From: Haliotis cracherodii
Taxonomy: Eukaryota
Direction of reading: 5' to 3'
NCBI RefSeq assembly: GCF_022045235.1
Contig: NW_027266286.1
Location: 59,830,001 to 59,894,000 of the forward strand
Length of the DNA: 64,000 nucleotides
Positions 13,501 to 28,500 of the stretch are shown here, in pieces (position 1 is the first letter of the stretch; the number at the start of each line of letters is the position of its first letter). Under the pieces are notes generated by a model, which did not search any database, had not been told where the DNA came from, and worked only from the letters and a program-made list of their open reading frames with translations. The position numbers and the translations under genes were made by a program.

Positions 13501-16500
13501 TTCTTAATACATTCGAACTTTTAAGTGTATGCTAACAGAACATTCCAGCCACCCCTCGTACTCCCCATTAAAAGAAATGCTGTATCTACTGTATGACCAA
13601 ATATGAACACGTATCACACACACACGAACCCAACCAGGCCTCATGAAGCATCTTTATTCAGCATTGCCATGTTGTATGAACCGTTTCAGGTATCTTGTAG
13701 TGGCGCCAAAAATGGTAAAACTAAGGATAAAGTAAGAAACAGATATATGGTTTTTTTCAACAAGTTAATAATTGTTGCAACAAAATGTTTGTGCATGTGT
13801 GATTCTCTACCTTCAAGACATTCTTGTTTCACCATTCTAGAATGATTGTGCACATGACTAATTACCACTTGAGTATGTGTGTTATGAATGCCCATGTCCT
13901 TCCCTACTGACAATGTCTTGTCACACACTTAGTATTTGCATGACGCCAGGAGCTGCTTGTTATGGCTTACAAAGGTCAACCAATCAGCCTGCAGATTTTC
14001 TGCCTGAGAGACTAACAATTCTATGAAATTCTTGCACTTTTCAGCAAGTCTTTTTACAGCATTGTCAATGCTTCATTGCTTTATACCGGTACACTTTGTT
14101 CCTCCATCACCCATGTATACATATGGCTGCCATGAGATGTGGTCGCGGTTGTTAACCAACGATTCAAGCAAAGGCCTGGTTCTAGCGAGAGGGAACACAG
14201 CATGTCCTTAGCCCAGAGATCTTCAGTTACAGAGTGTATGGTTTTTTATGAGCTGAATACTGAGCTGCTTGGAGACAGAGGTCATAGGATGTACATAGTG
14301 TTGCTTCTAGGACGCGGAATTGCGAGATTTCTGCAAATTTGTCTCATTTCCCCCCAAAATCAAACATTTATACAACCATCGTCCTGCACAGTTGTCATAA
14401 AAGAGTGTCCATATATGTTCAGCGCATGAAATACTGTACACCCCACAACTGACACATTTATCATTAAGATTTCACAAGATTTATTTTATCTCTCTAGTGA
14501 CCATCATCAGACTTTCAGGATGGTAACACCAAGTGTGTACAAGATCAGTTGTGTCCCACTCAGCAATATTCCACCTATTTGATGGTTGTTGTAAATATTG
14601 CATCTGGACTGGACAATCCAGTGACTGATATCATGAGCATTTATCTACGTAAATTGGATACATTGACATGCATCAACCAAGTCAGTGAGTCTGACCACCG
14701 GATCCCGTTAGTCGCCTCTTACGACATGCATGAGTTGCTGAAGACCAACTCTAAGCAATAGGTATTCATTAGTGATGGAGGAACGTATATACAAACCCAT
14801 GAAGTATTGACGATGTGTGAGAATGTGTTTGTTGACTAATGTGTTCTTTTTACATGTTTCTTAGCTATTCAAAGTGCAAAGTTGAAATAACATCCTTCAT
14901 TCTTTATTTATTGAAATAAACTTGTCATCAATTGTTCTGACAAAGTACTGTTAAGTCATTTAATAATGGAGTCTTCAAACAAGATTGGGTCTCTGACAGA
15001 TGATGTGAGTTGGGGTTTAGTGCTGCTTTGAACAGTATAATCATGACCTGATTGAACAGTATGATCATCGTCACCTTAATGTGAAGAAAGTCATTCGCCA
15101 CACATGGGGTCTCTAGTCACTCAGTGGGGCGTTTGGGTAGACGAGTGGTTAAAGCGTTCGCAAGTCACGCCAAAGACCCAGATTCGATTCCCGACATGGG
15201 TACAATGTGTGAAGCCCATTTCTGGTGTCCCCCCCCCCCCGTGATATTGCTTGAATATTGCTAAAAACGGTGTAAAACCGTATTCACTCACTCTAGTCAC
15301 TCAGTTACAGTTCTGTAACTCACTGTACTGTATTACTATATATGTTAACCATCATGTCTATCAAAATACTGTTCAATATTCTATCAATCTGCTACATGCT
15401 TTGATCATTTAGACCACAATGAATTATTGCTTTTTCATCCAATCGTATTTTTTAAATGTGAGGTGAGAGGAATATATAAAGAAACGGTTGAGCAGGTGTG
15501 AGATGAGGTGATATGGGGTTTAATGTTGCATTCTGATTAATGCCTGTGTATGGTGTGTGCATGTGCTGCCACCAAGTGTGCATTACATGAAGCACAGATG
15601 TTTGATTGGATTTCATGTATTGTGTATTCCGTCAAGAAAAGAAAGAAGGGAACACAGATTGATGTGTTCTTTGTCTTCTGTAATTGAGACCCGTGAAGAT
15701 TCCGGGGTCGAATAGGTCTTCAGCAACCCATACTTGCTGTAAAAGGCGACTATGCTTGTCGTAAAAGGCGACTAACGGGGTCGGGTGGTCAGGCTCGCTG
15801 ACTTGGTTGATACATGTCATCGATCCCAATTGCGTGGATTGATGTTCATGATATTAATCACTGGATTGTCTGGTCCAGACTCTATTATTTACAGACCGCC
15901 GTCATATAGCGGGAATATTGCTGAGTGCGGCGTTAACAACAAACAAACAAACAAACCTAAAAGGCGACCAAATGGATCAGGTGGCATGCTCAGTGACTTG
16001 GTTGATTGCATGTTATTGTACCATGACACGTGGATTGTTGCTCACAATATCTATCACTGGATTGTCTGGTTAAGACTTTATTACTTATAGGCCACACTAA
16101 TATAGGTGGAATGTTGCAGGGTGTTGTATTCAACAACAAACAAAAACTGTGAGGCAGGTGTGAATGGGGAGCTAATAATTAATTCATGATGGCCTTATAT
16201 ATAACAAGGTCATCATCAAACTTGGGCAAGATCCTCTGAAAGATGTTTGTCTCTTGTATTACAGTATTTGATGCATATCATGATCAGTGTATATTGTATT
16301 AGGTTCAAGGAGACGAGTGAGACCAAATGAAGGTAGGATTGTTCAGAGTATATTCCTACCCTTTTTTCCATCCTTAATGTATGCCTGTCTTACTATAGGA
16401 TCCATCAGAGACCCAGATGGAGCCTGATGTTGACACATTAAGGAGGATGCGACGCTCAGTGCTCGGGAGGAAGGTGGTGATGAAGAATGATGGGAGGAAG

Positions 16501-19500
16501 AAGACGAAGAAAGAGAGTGTCCTCACTTCTCAGTCATCCAGAAATAGTGCTGGTGAGTGCAGCTGGTGCGAGCAGCCATCTTGAAAATATACATTTGGAA
16601 CATTTTTAAAAATGTAGTGCATCTTACCTGAGCCATCTAGGGTCACTTTTTACATGTTTACCTCTCTGAACTCGGAAGGACTATGAAATGAATGATATGG
16701 ATGATACCAGTGGTTTAAACTTTGCCTACAGGCTTTTTGTTGGATATGATAGGTTGCTGTCATGCCAGTCATAGGTGAGCTACAGGGCCTCATTGGTCTG
16801 TGTTTTCTGGCGTAAGGCCTACTGATGTGACTGTTAGCTGAAGTGAGGTGAAATGGGGTTTAATGTCGCGTCCAAGATTATTGCACTTATATGGCGATGT
16901 GCATGCACGTGTGTGTGTGGTTGCTTGTACTAGTCTGGGCTGATGCCGATTTATTGTGTTAGCCCACTGAGATACCATGCTGCAGTTTAACATGAATACC
17001 CCACTCAGACACAGTATACTGACTCCGAGCCGACCAATCCTTGTCTTAGCCCCTTAATGCCGAGCGCCAGACAGGGTAACAACAAATACCATCCTTTAAC
17101 ATCTTTTGGTATGACAAGGCCAGGGATCAAACCCCGGACCTTCCTCTCTCCGGGCGGACACTCTACCACTAGACCATGGAGGCGGTCCGACTGTTCGGTA
17201 CTTTTATCAAGTGTACGTATGTAATTTATGCTTGTTGTTATCTCAACAAGAGATAGTCCAGCAAAAACACTTTTGTAAAATGGCTGTGCATCAACATGCT
17301 GACCTAATGTTTCAGGTGAGGAGGTGTTCTTCTCCGCATCAGATCATTCAGACGAGGATGTGGATGAGTGGTCTGAGTGAGTTGGAAATAATTATTTGAT
17401 ATTAATTAAGTTATCTTTTTGTGCACAATCACTGTAGTCACTTACAATTGAGTAGTGGTTTGGGGTAGCAGGTCATCCTTTTGATCAATCTTGAGAACAT
17501 AGCTAGCAGTAAAGTAGGAGGTGGTCTTGAGTTGTTGTTCATAATACCTGACAGTCCACTGAAATCAGGAGACATGTCTCCAGTCTTGCATGCACTGGGA
17601 AATGCCTGGGTTTCAGATGTTTTTCTTGAAAACGCCTTCAATACAAGATAACCTTGAAAAGGCCTGAAAGTAAGAGTAGTAGCACTGACAGGCCTCGGGG
17701 TTAGAGCAATTGTATGACAGACCTGGAGGTAAGAGTAATTGCATTGAAAGGCCTGTAGGTAAGAGTAATTGCATTGAAAGGCCTGTAGGTAGGAGTAATT
17801 GTATGACAGGCCTGGAAGTAAGAGTAATTGTATGACAGGCCTGGAGGTAAGAGTAATTATATGCCAGGCCTGGAGGTAAGAGTAATTGTATGACAGACCT
17901 GGGGGTAAGAGTAATTGTATGACAGGCCATATGGGTTCAATGTATTTAGCCCATTCTTTAGAGACCTATTTATGTAAATGTTTAACCTCTCTAATAAGCA
18001 CTTTTGGAAAAAAATGTGGAGAGGAAAATATGCAGAAGTATTTTGTTGCCTCTTTGTTGCAGTTTCCTGCACATCAAGCCTGTAGACGACAGCACTTTCC
18101 CTTCCAACTCGGTGAACATCCTGGTGCGGATGACCTTGGGGGAGTTTGTCATCAACCTGTCCAGGGTCATGGACAAGCACGAGACTCCATATCTGATGTT
18201 CCGCGTCAACCGGCTGCGCATTGACTCAGCGTTGACAGTGCATGGCTATGCTGTCCACGCCACGCTGGGAGGTGTGCAGCTCGTAGACAAGATCCATGTC
18301 GGTAAGGCACATGGCTTGTTCCTGGTCTGATTGGAACACCTCTTTTAGACATGTCATTTCCCTGAGTTATTTCTCTGATTTCTTGGCCCCTGAGGTAGAC
18401 TGGAGCGGCTTTCACTTTGTTATAAACAAATGCAATGATGTCTTGTATTACCTTATACAAACAATGCAGAACACACCAGCTGAAATGTTGTTGAGTGCGG
18501 CATTAAACCACAAACAAACAAACACTTCCTTGACCCAGTGTTTCGGTATAGGCAGCTGTATGTGTGTCCTATGTTCTCTCCACAGGCTCATCCGGAGAAT
18601 ACATGGAAATCTTGGGCACGAATTCCGCGACAGATCTGGTCTCCATTGTTTACAGAAAGGTGGGTGCAAGGAATGTCATTCAGAATGATCACCTCCGACC
18701 TAGCCACCCACAGTCCCTTGTGGTCAACAGTGAAAGTGCAGATAGAACAGACCTCATTGGCGTCCTTGGTCCAGTTCTGTTTCTTCTTTACAAAAGCCCT
18801 CTAAAAGACATCACAGAGAAATGACCTATGCAAATGACTCACCATTTGTTCAAACTTTTAACAATCGTGAGCTGTCAAGAATTAATGCTGTCACCAAGTT
18901 TTTACCTGATTCAGGCAAATGACATATCCTTTCACAGAATATAGCTTGGAACCCTATTCACTCAATCCCAGTCTACAGGAAAACATGGTTGTGTTCCAGG
19001 TGGAGGCGTCGTGTCCTGACTTCAGTGACGGTTACGGCGGCGTAGAGCATGCCCTGCTGCTGAAGCTGCACACGATGTCGGCACTGTGCGACCAGGCCAG
19101 CATGATCTACCTCAACGCCTTCATCCAGGGGCTCATCACCAGGTATGCCTCACTTCTTTCAGGGGTCATCACCTGATAGGACTCACTTCTAATGAACTCA
19201 AGGACATACATCGGTATTTTTTGGTTTATACATTTGACTGTCTGAGCCAGAAGTCACAATCTGATGTTTATTTATGTTTAGATGATAATCAGGTACTAGG
19301 TTTACCTGAAATAATAAACATTCAGCATATTGTTTAACAATAGTAATTTCTTCCAGTCGTCTAAGGCGCCGCAATTGGGAATGCAGAGTTGCATCCCTTG
19401 GGCATGCCAGAAACTATGATTGTGGGCTTGAATCCTGGTTTGTCACGATTAATTTTCTAGATTTGTCAGCTCCATACCCGTACTCGTTGGTATCACCAAA

Positions 19501-22500
19501 GTGGTAAACGTCGGGCTTTCCTCCCACATTAAGCTGACACGCTGTGGTATAACTGAAATACTGTTAAAAGCGGTGTTAAACCCAACTCAGGCACTCACTG
19601 AGACTTTGTGTGTGACAGCGTGCACAGCATGGACATGAAGACCAGCACCAGCACCGTGATCTCCTCCTCCGACCTCAACAATAAGGACCGACCCTCCCTC
19701 ACCGAGCGACTCACATCCATCACCGATGAAGGTATGTAGCTTCTTTGACTAACCACGGGCTTGCATGGCTCGGACTGTAGCTGGAATAGTTCTATGAAAC
19801 AACATACACTTCTTTACTCCTCTTACTTTTGTCTTATACAGCTTGATTCAAGACCTGCAGAAATATTTATGAATGACGAGACTTTTTACTAAAGCTACTG
19901 ACCGCCTCCGTGTTCTAGTGGTAGAGCTTCCGCCCGGAGAGCGGAAGGTCATGATTCAATCCTCGGCTGCATCCTACCAAAAGATGGTACTTATTGTTAC
20001 CCTGTCTGGCGCTCAGAATTTAGCGGCTAAAACAAGGACTGGTCGGCTCGGAGTCAGTATACTGTGTCTGAGTGGGGTACACACTTTGCATGCACATCGC
20101 TACATAAGTGCAATAATCTTGGACGCGACATTAAACCCAATTTCACCTCACCTCTACAGCTACTTCTACATCTAGAAATTAATAATTCTTTTCTGTTCTT
20201 GGGGTTTTGATGAGTTTTTTTAATTATTAACATACAGAAAAGCCACTATTATATGCTATGGCCCTACAAACCAATGTTGCTAGGGGATAGTGGGCTGAAA
20301 AACAGGAGAGGGAGGAAGGAGAGAGACATGAGGATATACATTCATAATTTGAAAATATTTGTAAAGTAATATTTGTTTGAATTTGTCTTGAAGTCCTTCT
20401 ATGGACTTTATTATTTTAATGATTTCACGTAAACATTTGTCCCTGTGTTACAGTGGACTATCTGCCTCCACGGTGTATCAAACTTAACATGGTGGCCAAA
20501 CTGGAGAACTTGAGTCTCAGATTGTGTGACTCTGAAAACAGCCTCTCCCATATCGACATCACAGGTGAGTGCCCAAAAGGCAAATAGCTTCTCAAGTGAG
20601 TGTCTGACAAACTTTGTTTAGTTGCCATCTATACCACTCACATGTTCTATTATGTTGCATGAATACTTTATTATGGGAACCTATGTCCCAAACATTTCTT
20701 TTATGATTTAACCATTTCTACCTTCCGCCATGTGTCTTCTATAATGGCCATGTTATTCCCGACATTTCTTGTCATTATGTGTCATGTCTGACATTGTGTT
20801 GTCTTCAGGTTTGGAGAGTCACATCCTGGCCACAACTACCAGGACAACTGTACGATTACGTCTCAAAGACATGTCCATCCAAGACTGCTCTGTCGGCGCC
20901 ATATTCCCCAGGGTATGCCTGTCTTGTCAGCACTGAATATACTCCATGTGATAAATATGTATACTCTATGTGATAAAATTACTGTACTCCGTGCGATAAA
21001 ATTACTCCATTTCAAGTGATAAGTATGTATTCTCTGTGTAATAAAAGTACTTTAGTCGAAGTGATCAATATCTCTACTCTGGGTGATTAAGTTACTATAC
21101 TTCATGTGATAAATGTGTATACTCTATGTGATAAATATGTATACTCTATGTGATAAATATGTATACTCTATGTGATAAAAGTGTATACTCCATGATATAC
21201 TCAAAAGTTTTCATATTTCTTGCTCAAGCATTTGCACCAATGTTAATGGTAGTTGTGATGTAACATGTAGGTTATAATATAAAATAATAGGAATGTATAG
21301 TATTATTTCAACTCTGTCCTTGGAGTGATTATTTTCAAACTAAAAAGCTATTATAATTTTGTGCTTAAGATTTTTTCTTGTCACGCAGATCTTAGTCATT
21401 GAAGATGATAGCTGTTTCGATCTGAAGGTGAGTGTACAGTTACTGTGTGGAATTTGAACATTCGACCTAGTTATTGATCCGTTAGATATATTGATTCTGT
21501 TGTATGTTTAGAAATCAATACAATTGTTTCTAGTTGGCTGAATCAATTTTATGGAATTAACATTGGTTGAATCCACCTTGTCTTAATCAACGTTAGCTGC
21601 AGTAAACGTGGTCAAATTAACCTTGGTTGAATCACCCTTGACTGAATCAACCTTGGCTGAATAAATTTGCCTGAATCAAGATCGTTTGAATCAGTTAGAC
21701 TGAATGAATATTGACTGAATCTGGAGTTCATGTTTTACAGTTGATTCATGTGGATTGGTGTTTGATGTGTTTGTGTATGTTCAGTTTGTGAAGTACAACA
21801 AGAACTATGAGGGTCGTCTTGACAACCGGCGCCAGAGCCAGGCCCTGGACTACAGCATCCGGCTCCGTGTGGGGCAACTGCAGACCGTCTATCTCAGCAA
21901 GTTCTACTGGGAACTTATTGTAAGTTCCACTGCAGGCACTCCCAACATCTGTGGGGCATCACACAGTAATCAGAATAATTTTTACTGATGACTGATGTCA
22001 TGTAACATCATACCAGAGGGTTAACTTTGGAAAGGTTAAATAGACACAATCAGTTTTCCTGATAGAATATTTATACATAATTGTGACCAACCATTAGATA
22101 AGGGACCTTATAGATGAAAGAATCTCAATTTTACTTCTCATTATATTTAGAAACTACAGTATCTTAGGAACACAGAAATACAATTCACGAGCTTCAATTC
22201 ATATTTATTACAGATACATGGCATCAAATTTTTGGACACATTTTCTGCAAAGATCCATTTTCAGACTTATAAATGCCTTTGTAATAATTGCAGATTTTAG
22301 ATATGATGTCAGATTAATTGAACGTAGACATTTATGCTGAAATGTTTGGAAATAATGTTTTTATTACATTACAGACTAACGGAAGAAAAATAAGATATTT
22401 TTGTAATTCTCACATATGGCGATTTTTACTGAAGTAAGTTGATGTCAAACGTCTCTGTCATCACACAATTGTTTCCTAGCACACATGGTTTGACTAGGTT

Positions 22501-25500
22501 TGTATCGTGTATTACATGTCTAATGTTATGTATATGAACAGTTTGTGGAGTGAATGTGTTTCAGAGATTCTTTGAGCCTTTTATCAACCCAGAGATGACC
22601 GAGGCTGCCAGGGCTGCTGCCATGGAAACGGTTCATAGACAGGTATGTGTAACTACAGGCACACCAATGTCGCCACCAAGCAAATGAGAGCAATAGAAAA
22701 CATGTACAATATATGATATAGAAGTCCATTTGTTTAAAGGTATGTTAGAGAATTGAATGATTTGGAAGACACACTCACTCACTCATCCACTCATCCACTC
22801 TCACTCACTCACTCATCCACTCTCACTCACTCACTCACTCACTCCCTCATCCACTGTCCACTCTCTGACTGATTAACTCACTCATCCACTGTCTACTCAC
22901 AAACTCACTCATCCACTATCCATTCTCTGACACACCCACTCTCTCCCTTCCTCACTCACTCACTCATTCACTGACCACTCACTCATCCACTGTCCACTCA
23001 ACCACTCACTCACTCACTCTGTCATGTGCTGTCCATGCAGGTTGATGACATACAGTCTCAGAATGTGCGCATCAGCCTGAACTTTGACCTGCGCTCCCCG
23101 ACCATCCTTGTCCCCCACGACTCCAAGTCCACAGAGATGTTCATGCTCAACCTCGGCAACCTCAACATCAAGAACTACTTTGACCACACCAGCATACCCC
23201 CCGACATGAAGCAGGAGTGGAACCACATCTACGTCAATCTCAGCTCAGTCAAGGTCAACAGGTAGTTTCTTGTACTCCATTGCTGATGGGATGCATTGAC
23301 TTAGAACCTTCTTGATTTGTATTGAAACTATCCCAATAAGGGTGTATTGTGCGTAAAATAACACAATTAAATGTAATTGGTGCTCTTGTTGAGCTACTCC
23401 TAAATGGGGTGGTGTCATAATAACCAACTTAGATGAGAATTTGGTGGGTTCAATGTGTCACCTTCCTCATTATGTGTCATCATATCCAAATAAGTTGGAA
23501 CGATGCTCATGCTATCAACCACTGGTTTGTCTGGTCCAGACTGCATTCTCTTCATGATATATCTTGATTCATGCTAATAGAGGTGTAGAACAACATTATC
23601 TCTCTCGTCCACGCCATCAAAGCCTGTGAGGTGTGGCCTGGTACAGGGATTTATCTAGACCTGCTCAGAGACCGATATTCAGTTCTGCAGTAAATGATAG
23701 TAAAAAAAATCAATTGGAATTAAAACAATTTCCAATACCTCAGAATTTACAAAAATAAGAATATTAAAAATATCATATTTGAAAAATATCACTATTTGTT
23801 TCCCAATGTGCCTGCCTAAGACTCTCGGTGTGTAATCAGACTGCCTCCGTGGTCTAGTGGTAGAGCGTCTGCCCGGAGAGAGGAAGGTCCGGGGTTTGAT
23901 CCCCGGCCGCATCATACCAAAAGATGTTAAAAGATGGTACTTGTTGTTACCCTGTCTGGCGCTTGGCATTAAGGGGCTAAAACAAGGACTGGTCGGCTCG
24001 GAGTCAGTATACTGTGTCTGAGTGGGGTATTCATGTTAAGCTGCAGCATGGTATCTCAGTGGGCTAGCACTATAAATCGGCATCAGTCCGGACTAGTACA
24101 AGCAGACACACACGTGCATGCACATCGCTATATAAGTGCAATAATCTTGGATGCAACGTTAAACCCAATTTCACCTCACCTCGGTGTGAAATCCTAGATG
24201 AATGCCTGTGGTGTTCTGTGTAAGTGTGTACATGTTCCTCACACAGGGTCCAACTGTCCCTGGCTGATGATGTGTGTAACATCCTCCACAACGTGCTGGA
24301 GCCTGTCAGCCTCAAGGCAGATATCCGCATGGCCATCAAGCCTGTACTATCTGATGTCAAACTCGACATCTCGGGGCATCTGGAGAAGGTCAAGGTCAGT
24401 AACATCAGAATCCAGGTGTCTGTGTATTACATCTACCCTGACAAGTAGGTCATATCCAGGCAGGGAAACAAAGACTTCGTAATCATCTGTTTGAGAATTG
24501 AATGAAGACTCTCACTGTCTAACCACCACTCTTACCCAGAAATGTCCTCACTTCTGAGATAGATATCTGTCAGTTTTTAGTTTGCCTCTCATCACAAGGA
24601 GACCCCAAACCCCATATTTGAAACAAGTTTCTCAAGCTAGTCAACTAATCTAATAATAGCCAAAGTAAATTATACTTAATCGGAATTCCAGAAGTTAATG
24701 TGGGCATAATATCAAGCAGTGACATGACATGTTGTTTATTTTGATATTTAGATTAATATTTTAAAATAAAGATGAAAGTATTGATGCATATGCCACTCAA
24801 CTGAAACTATCTTATTCAGGCTCTCCTTTCTATTTGAATGAAAAGAAGCACTTAATGTAAGCAATATCGTGTGTATAGCTACCAAATGCGAAGGAATAGT
24901 TTCAAATGTGATACAAATGTAATAGCTATAGTCGTAACAGCGGTTCTTATTGGAATCAGCACATGACCGCTATTGAAACTGACGGCATTGGCAGCTGAAG
25001 ACATTTGGTCATATCTGTTAAACAGTTACTGTCACCACAGTGCATGAAACATGGCTGACAATTGATGCGCATTGAAATTAAATTATAATTCCCCTTCGAT
25101 ACAGATTATTCATTTTCGGCAAAAATGTTTTTTGTATGCATTATCAATGCATTTTGATGGGAGTCATAGAGCTATATAAATTACTTCACCAATAATTTCA
25201 TTCACTGTTTACGTCTGAGAGCTAGATCTAGTAATTACACAATAATTGTTGATATAACAGGGCTGATAAAAAAGTCTGTCAGTCAGTGTCAACAGTAAGG
25301 AATTCGTCTGTGGCTGATTGGCACTTAAACAATAATATTAATTTATATATTATTTTATCAACATATACCATTACCAGATCCCGATGTGTGTTTTGGCTAC
25401 CAAACAGTTGCCAAGATTGCTGGGATCTGGTGGGCAGATGGGCGAGATATCGGACGTCTTCAGCGTGTTCGGAGACCATACCTGCCCATTTTTTTGTGAT

Positions 25501-28500
25501 AACTGATACAAGAACACATGTCTCCCACTTTAGATAACAATTTCTGATGCATATGAATACTAGTTGCTCAATGCAGTGGATTATATGCTTTTTAGTCAAG
25601 ACTTCGAGTCAGACACTGAAAGAAAATACTTCACTTCTCGCTTATTGCCACCATTTCGTACATGCTGTTTTTCCGGAAAAGGTGTTGTCAAGTAACTTCA
25701 ACGGCTTTTGACAGATACAGCCGAAGATATTCCACTTGATTCAACTGAGAATCCCATTGTGGCTGTGCACGTATTTTTCCCTGCTAACAACCCCCAGTGT
25801 TTCTTTTCATTTGCATAATAAATGCATTCAATTTGCCTTCATTTTAAACACATTTTATTCAAATAGTTAGGAAGGTCTGTTATTTACAAGGTCTTGTCAT
25901 GTCTGTTGTTGGACTTTCAAATCGACATATTTTTTTTTCATGTCTTGAAAAATAGGTGTGACCCCTAAGTAGAGAGTCACTGCCTCATGTGTGTTGTAAG
26001 AGCCACAAGGGCCCATTCCGTCCTTATCGAGGGGAGTGCTAACCTTCTCTCCTTTCTAACAACACATTAATCGGGGGTGACTAGACAGTATATATAGCAC
26101 GAGGGGCTGTTAGCTGCAATTGTTAGGTTCACCTCATTAACATTCTCAGACCACAAGTAATCTCATTAAATTCAAATTTATCTCCAGCTCTTTGCAATAT
26201 TACTATTTGATATTGTTCTTTGGTGTTTTCAATTGTGGTTATTGTTTTGACATGATATCCGCATTAGATATGTAATGAAAGTAGATAATAGTATGTGTAA
26301 CGGTTGATTCGGACGCCATCTTTGTTTGGGAGTTACAAAATTGAAGTTATCAGAGTAAATTCTATAAATTCAATATATTACGTTAATAATATCAATTTAA
26401 AGTACATTATTACATTCATGTAAGGTCTTTTTTTTAATACTCATCTGAATGTATTGGGTTTTTTCACATTATAGGTCAATATATTAGCAAAGGATTTACA
26501 ACTGGTTAGAGGGATCCTGCAGGACAATTTGTCAGAGGGAGCTCCACAACCAACATCAGGTAGGCAGAGACCTGTGATAGATAGGGACGCAACAGGGAAT
26601 AGTATTCTCCAAGGGTAAAACGAAACAAGAACTTGTAGATGACTGCATGGGTGACTGTGATTTAGTGTGACACTTCACTATGCAGAGTTATGTCCCTTAG
26701 CTGCCAAGATCTGGTAATAGAGTTCAAATCCCAGATTTGTCCTGAATGTGTGTATTTGTTGGCCTCTTTGTAGAAATAGTTTTCTTCAGAATAGATGTTG
26801 AATTAACAAGACATTGTTTGTAACTTCTCTGTAACTATGGTAACTACTGTGTTGCTATGGTGACAGGTATCTATGAGTCCCCGACAGTGCAAGACCTGCA
26901 CCTTCAGCACGAGCTCAGCATCGACACCACCACACCCATCAGCGAGACGAGGGAGAGTCTGACAGACTCAGGACACAAGGCCTCCACAAACTTCCTGTTC
27001 CGCTTCGAGGGAGTTTCAGCAACTCTGTTTGAACAGAGCTCACCCGAGGAGGTGAGACATTTGTCTAGGTTCCCACACAGCCACTTTCCTAAATGTGTAA
27101 TAAAGACTACCTGTATTTTATTAAGAGTGTCATCCACCCTTTTTGTAAGTTCATATCAGTCAAGAGTGGTTGGGTGACTCAGTGGTTAAAGCAATTGCAG
27201 GACTGGGTTCAATTCCCCCATGCTAAATGTGGAGTAAGACTGTACTCACTGATTCACTCAGCACTCAACAAATGAGCTCAATTAATAATGAATTCAGACA
27301 TTGAGATTCTCTTAAATATAATACTGTCATGGATATTAATATGTTTTATTATTACAACTCATTATCATCTTAATTATATAATCTGCTGGGATTCAAGGTA
27401 AATGGATGAAATTTATATTTTAAATTGATTGTAACTTCCTATCACTCAGTAAAGAGAAGTTGTTACCATCCTCTGTGTTACAGGGCTCTCTCTGCAACAG
27501 CCTCTGCTGCATGGACATGGAGAACATCAACCTCAGCGCCATCAGCCAGAGTGACGGAGACCTCAAGGTCACATTCGCCCTCACTTCCCTATATATAGAT
27601 GACACGAGGCCGGACAGTGACCTGGCCAACAAACGGTAAGTGTGCCAAGTTACAACAGCATACAATATTTTCTTGAGTATAGTGCGCACTTTTTTTCCAA
27701 AAAACACAGCTGTGTAGAAGGGGGTGCGCATTATACACGAATTAATGAGTTTTGATGTTTTTTTCCCCATGGAAAGACATTACCGTGAGCACGTAACACC
27801 GGAAATACCATGTCAACAAATCCATTCTGAAGTTCACAAATTATTCATGTAATTACACTGTCTGGCTAGGAAAAGTGTTCTTTGTATATCTGGACTTATG
27901 TTTGTAACTTATTTTATTAATTTTATTCAAAATTCCTTTTAATATTGTTTTAATTAATTTAGGCGAAATCGTGTATGAAGCGATCTTCCGATCGCACAAC
28001 TCACGGTTATTAACAGCAACCAGGGTCAGATTACCGCTATTGATGCCTTGAAACAAACTTAAGTTGATAGAGAATGGATACATATATCCTAAATGCCATA
28101 TTTTGATTCGTTAAAAGTCATATTTGTTTTTGTTGGACGATTCTATGTCAACACGTAATTCTTGCGATCACGCGATCACGTGCATGGGAGCCTTGACGGT
28201 GACTGGTCAGACTGGTTCCATGTAAAAAATAATACCCGAGAATAGCGATCAGCTGCTTCGCTTAGGGTTATTATTATTTTAAATATGTTTAGTAAAAGCT
28301 GCATCTAAATTAACAAGATATTGGAATATATTATTCCTGATAAAAAAAAAAGTTTCAGATACAACTTTTACCGATTCTTGCATTAAAATACTGTAAAGTT
28401 ATATCATTGGTTGTGTCTTGACCGAATCACCGGTAGATTCCAAGAAAACGTGTGTACAGCTGATTGCTGTGTCCGGCTTAGTTTACAAGAAAATACACAA

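Noticed and set aside
15126-15200. tRNA-like sequences (also 17115-17187, 23839-23910, 41518-41630, 51085-51155) as functional tRNA genes
   Set aside because: They continue into shared SINE bodies and tails, several with TSDs; cloverleafs are incomplete.
15688-15790. Calling the family A head a hammerhead or HDV ribozyme
   Set aside because: GTGAAGA is not CUGANGA, no GAAA box sits in position, and I could not map the HDV nested double pseudoknot; kept only as an unassigned structure.
24480-26400. AT-rich intron segment with transposon-like patches
   Set aside because: No convincing TIR pair, TSD or second copy found by eye.
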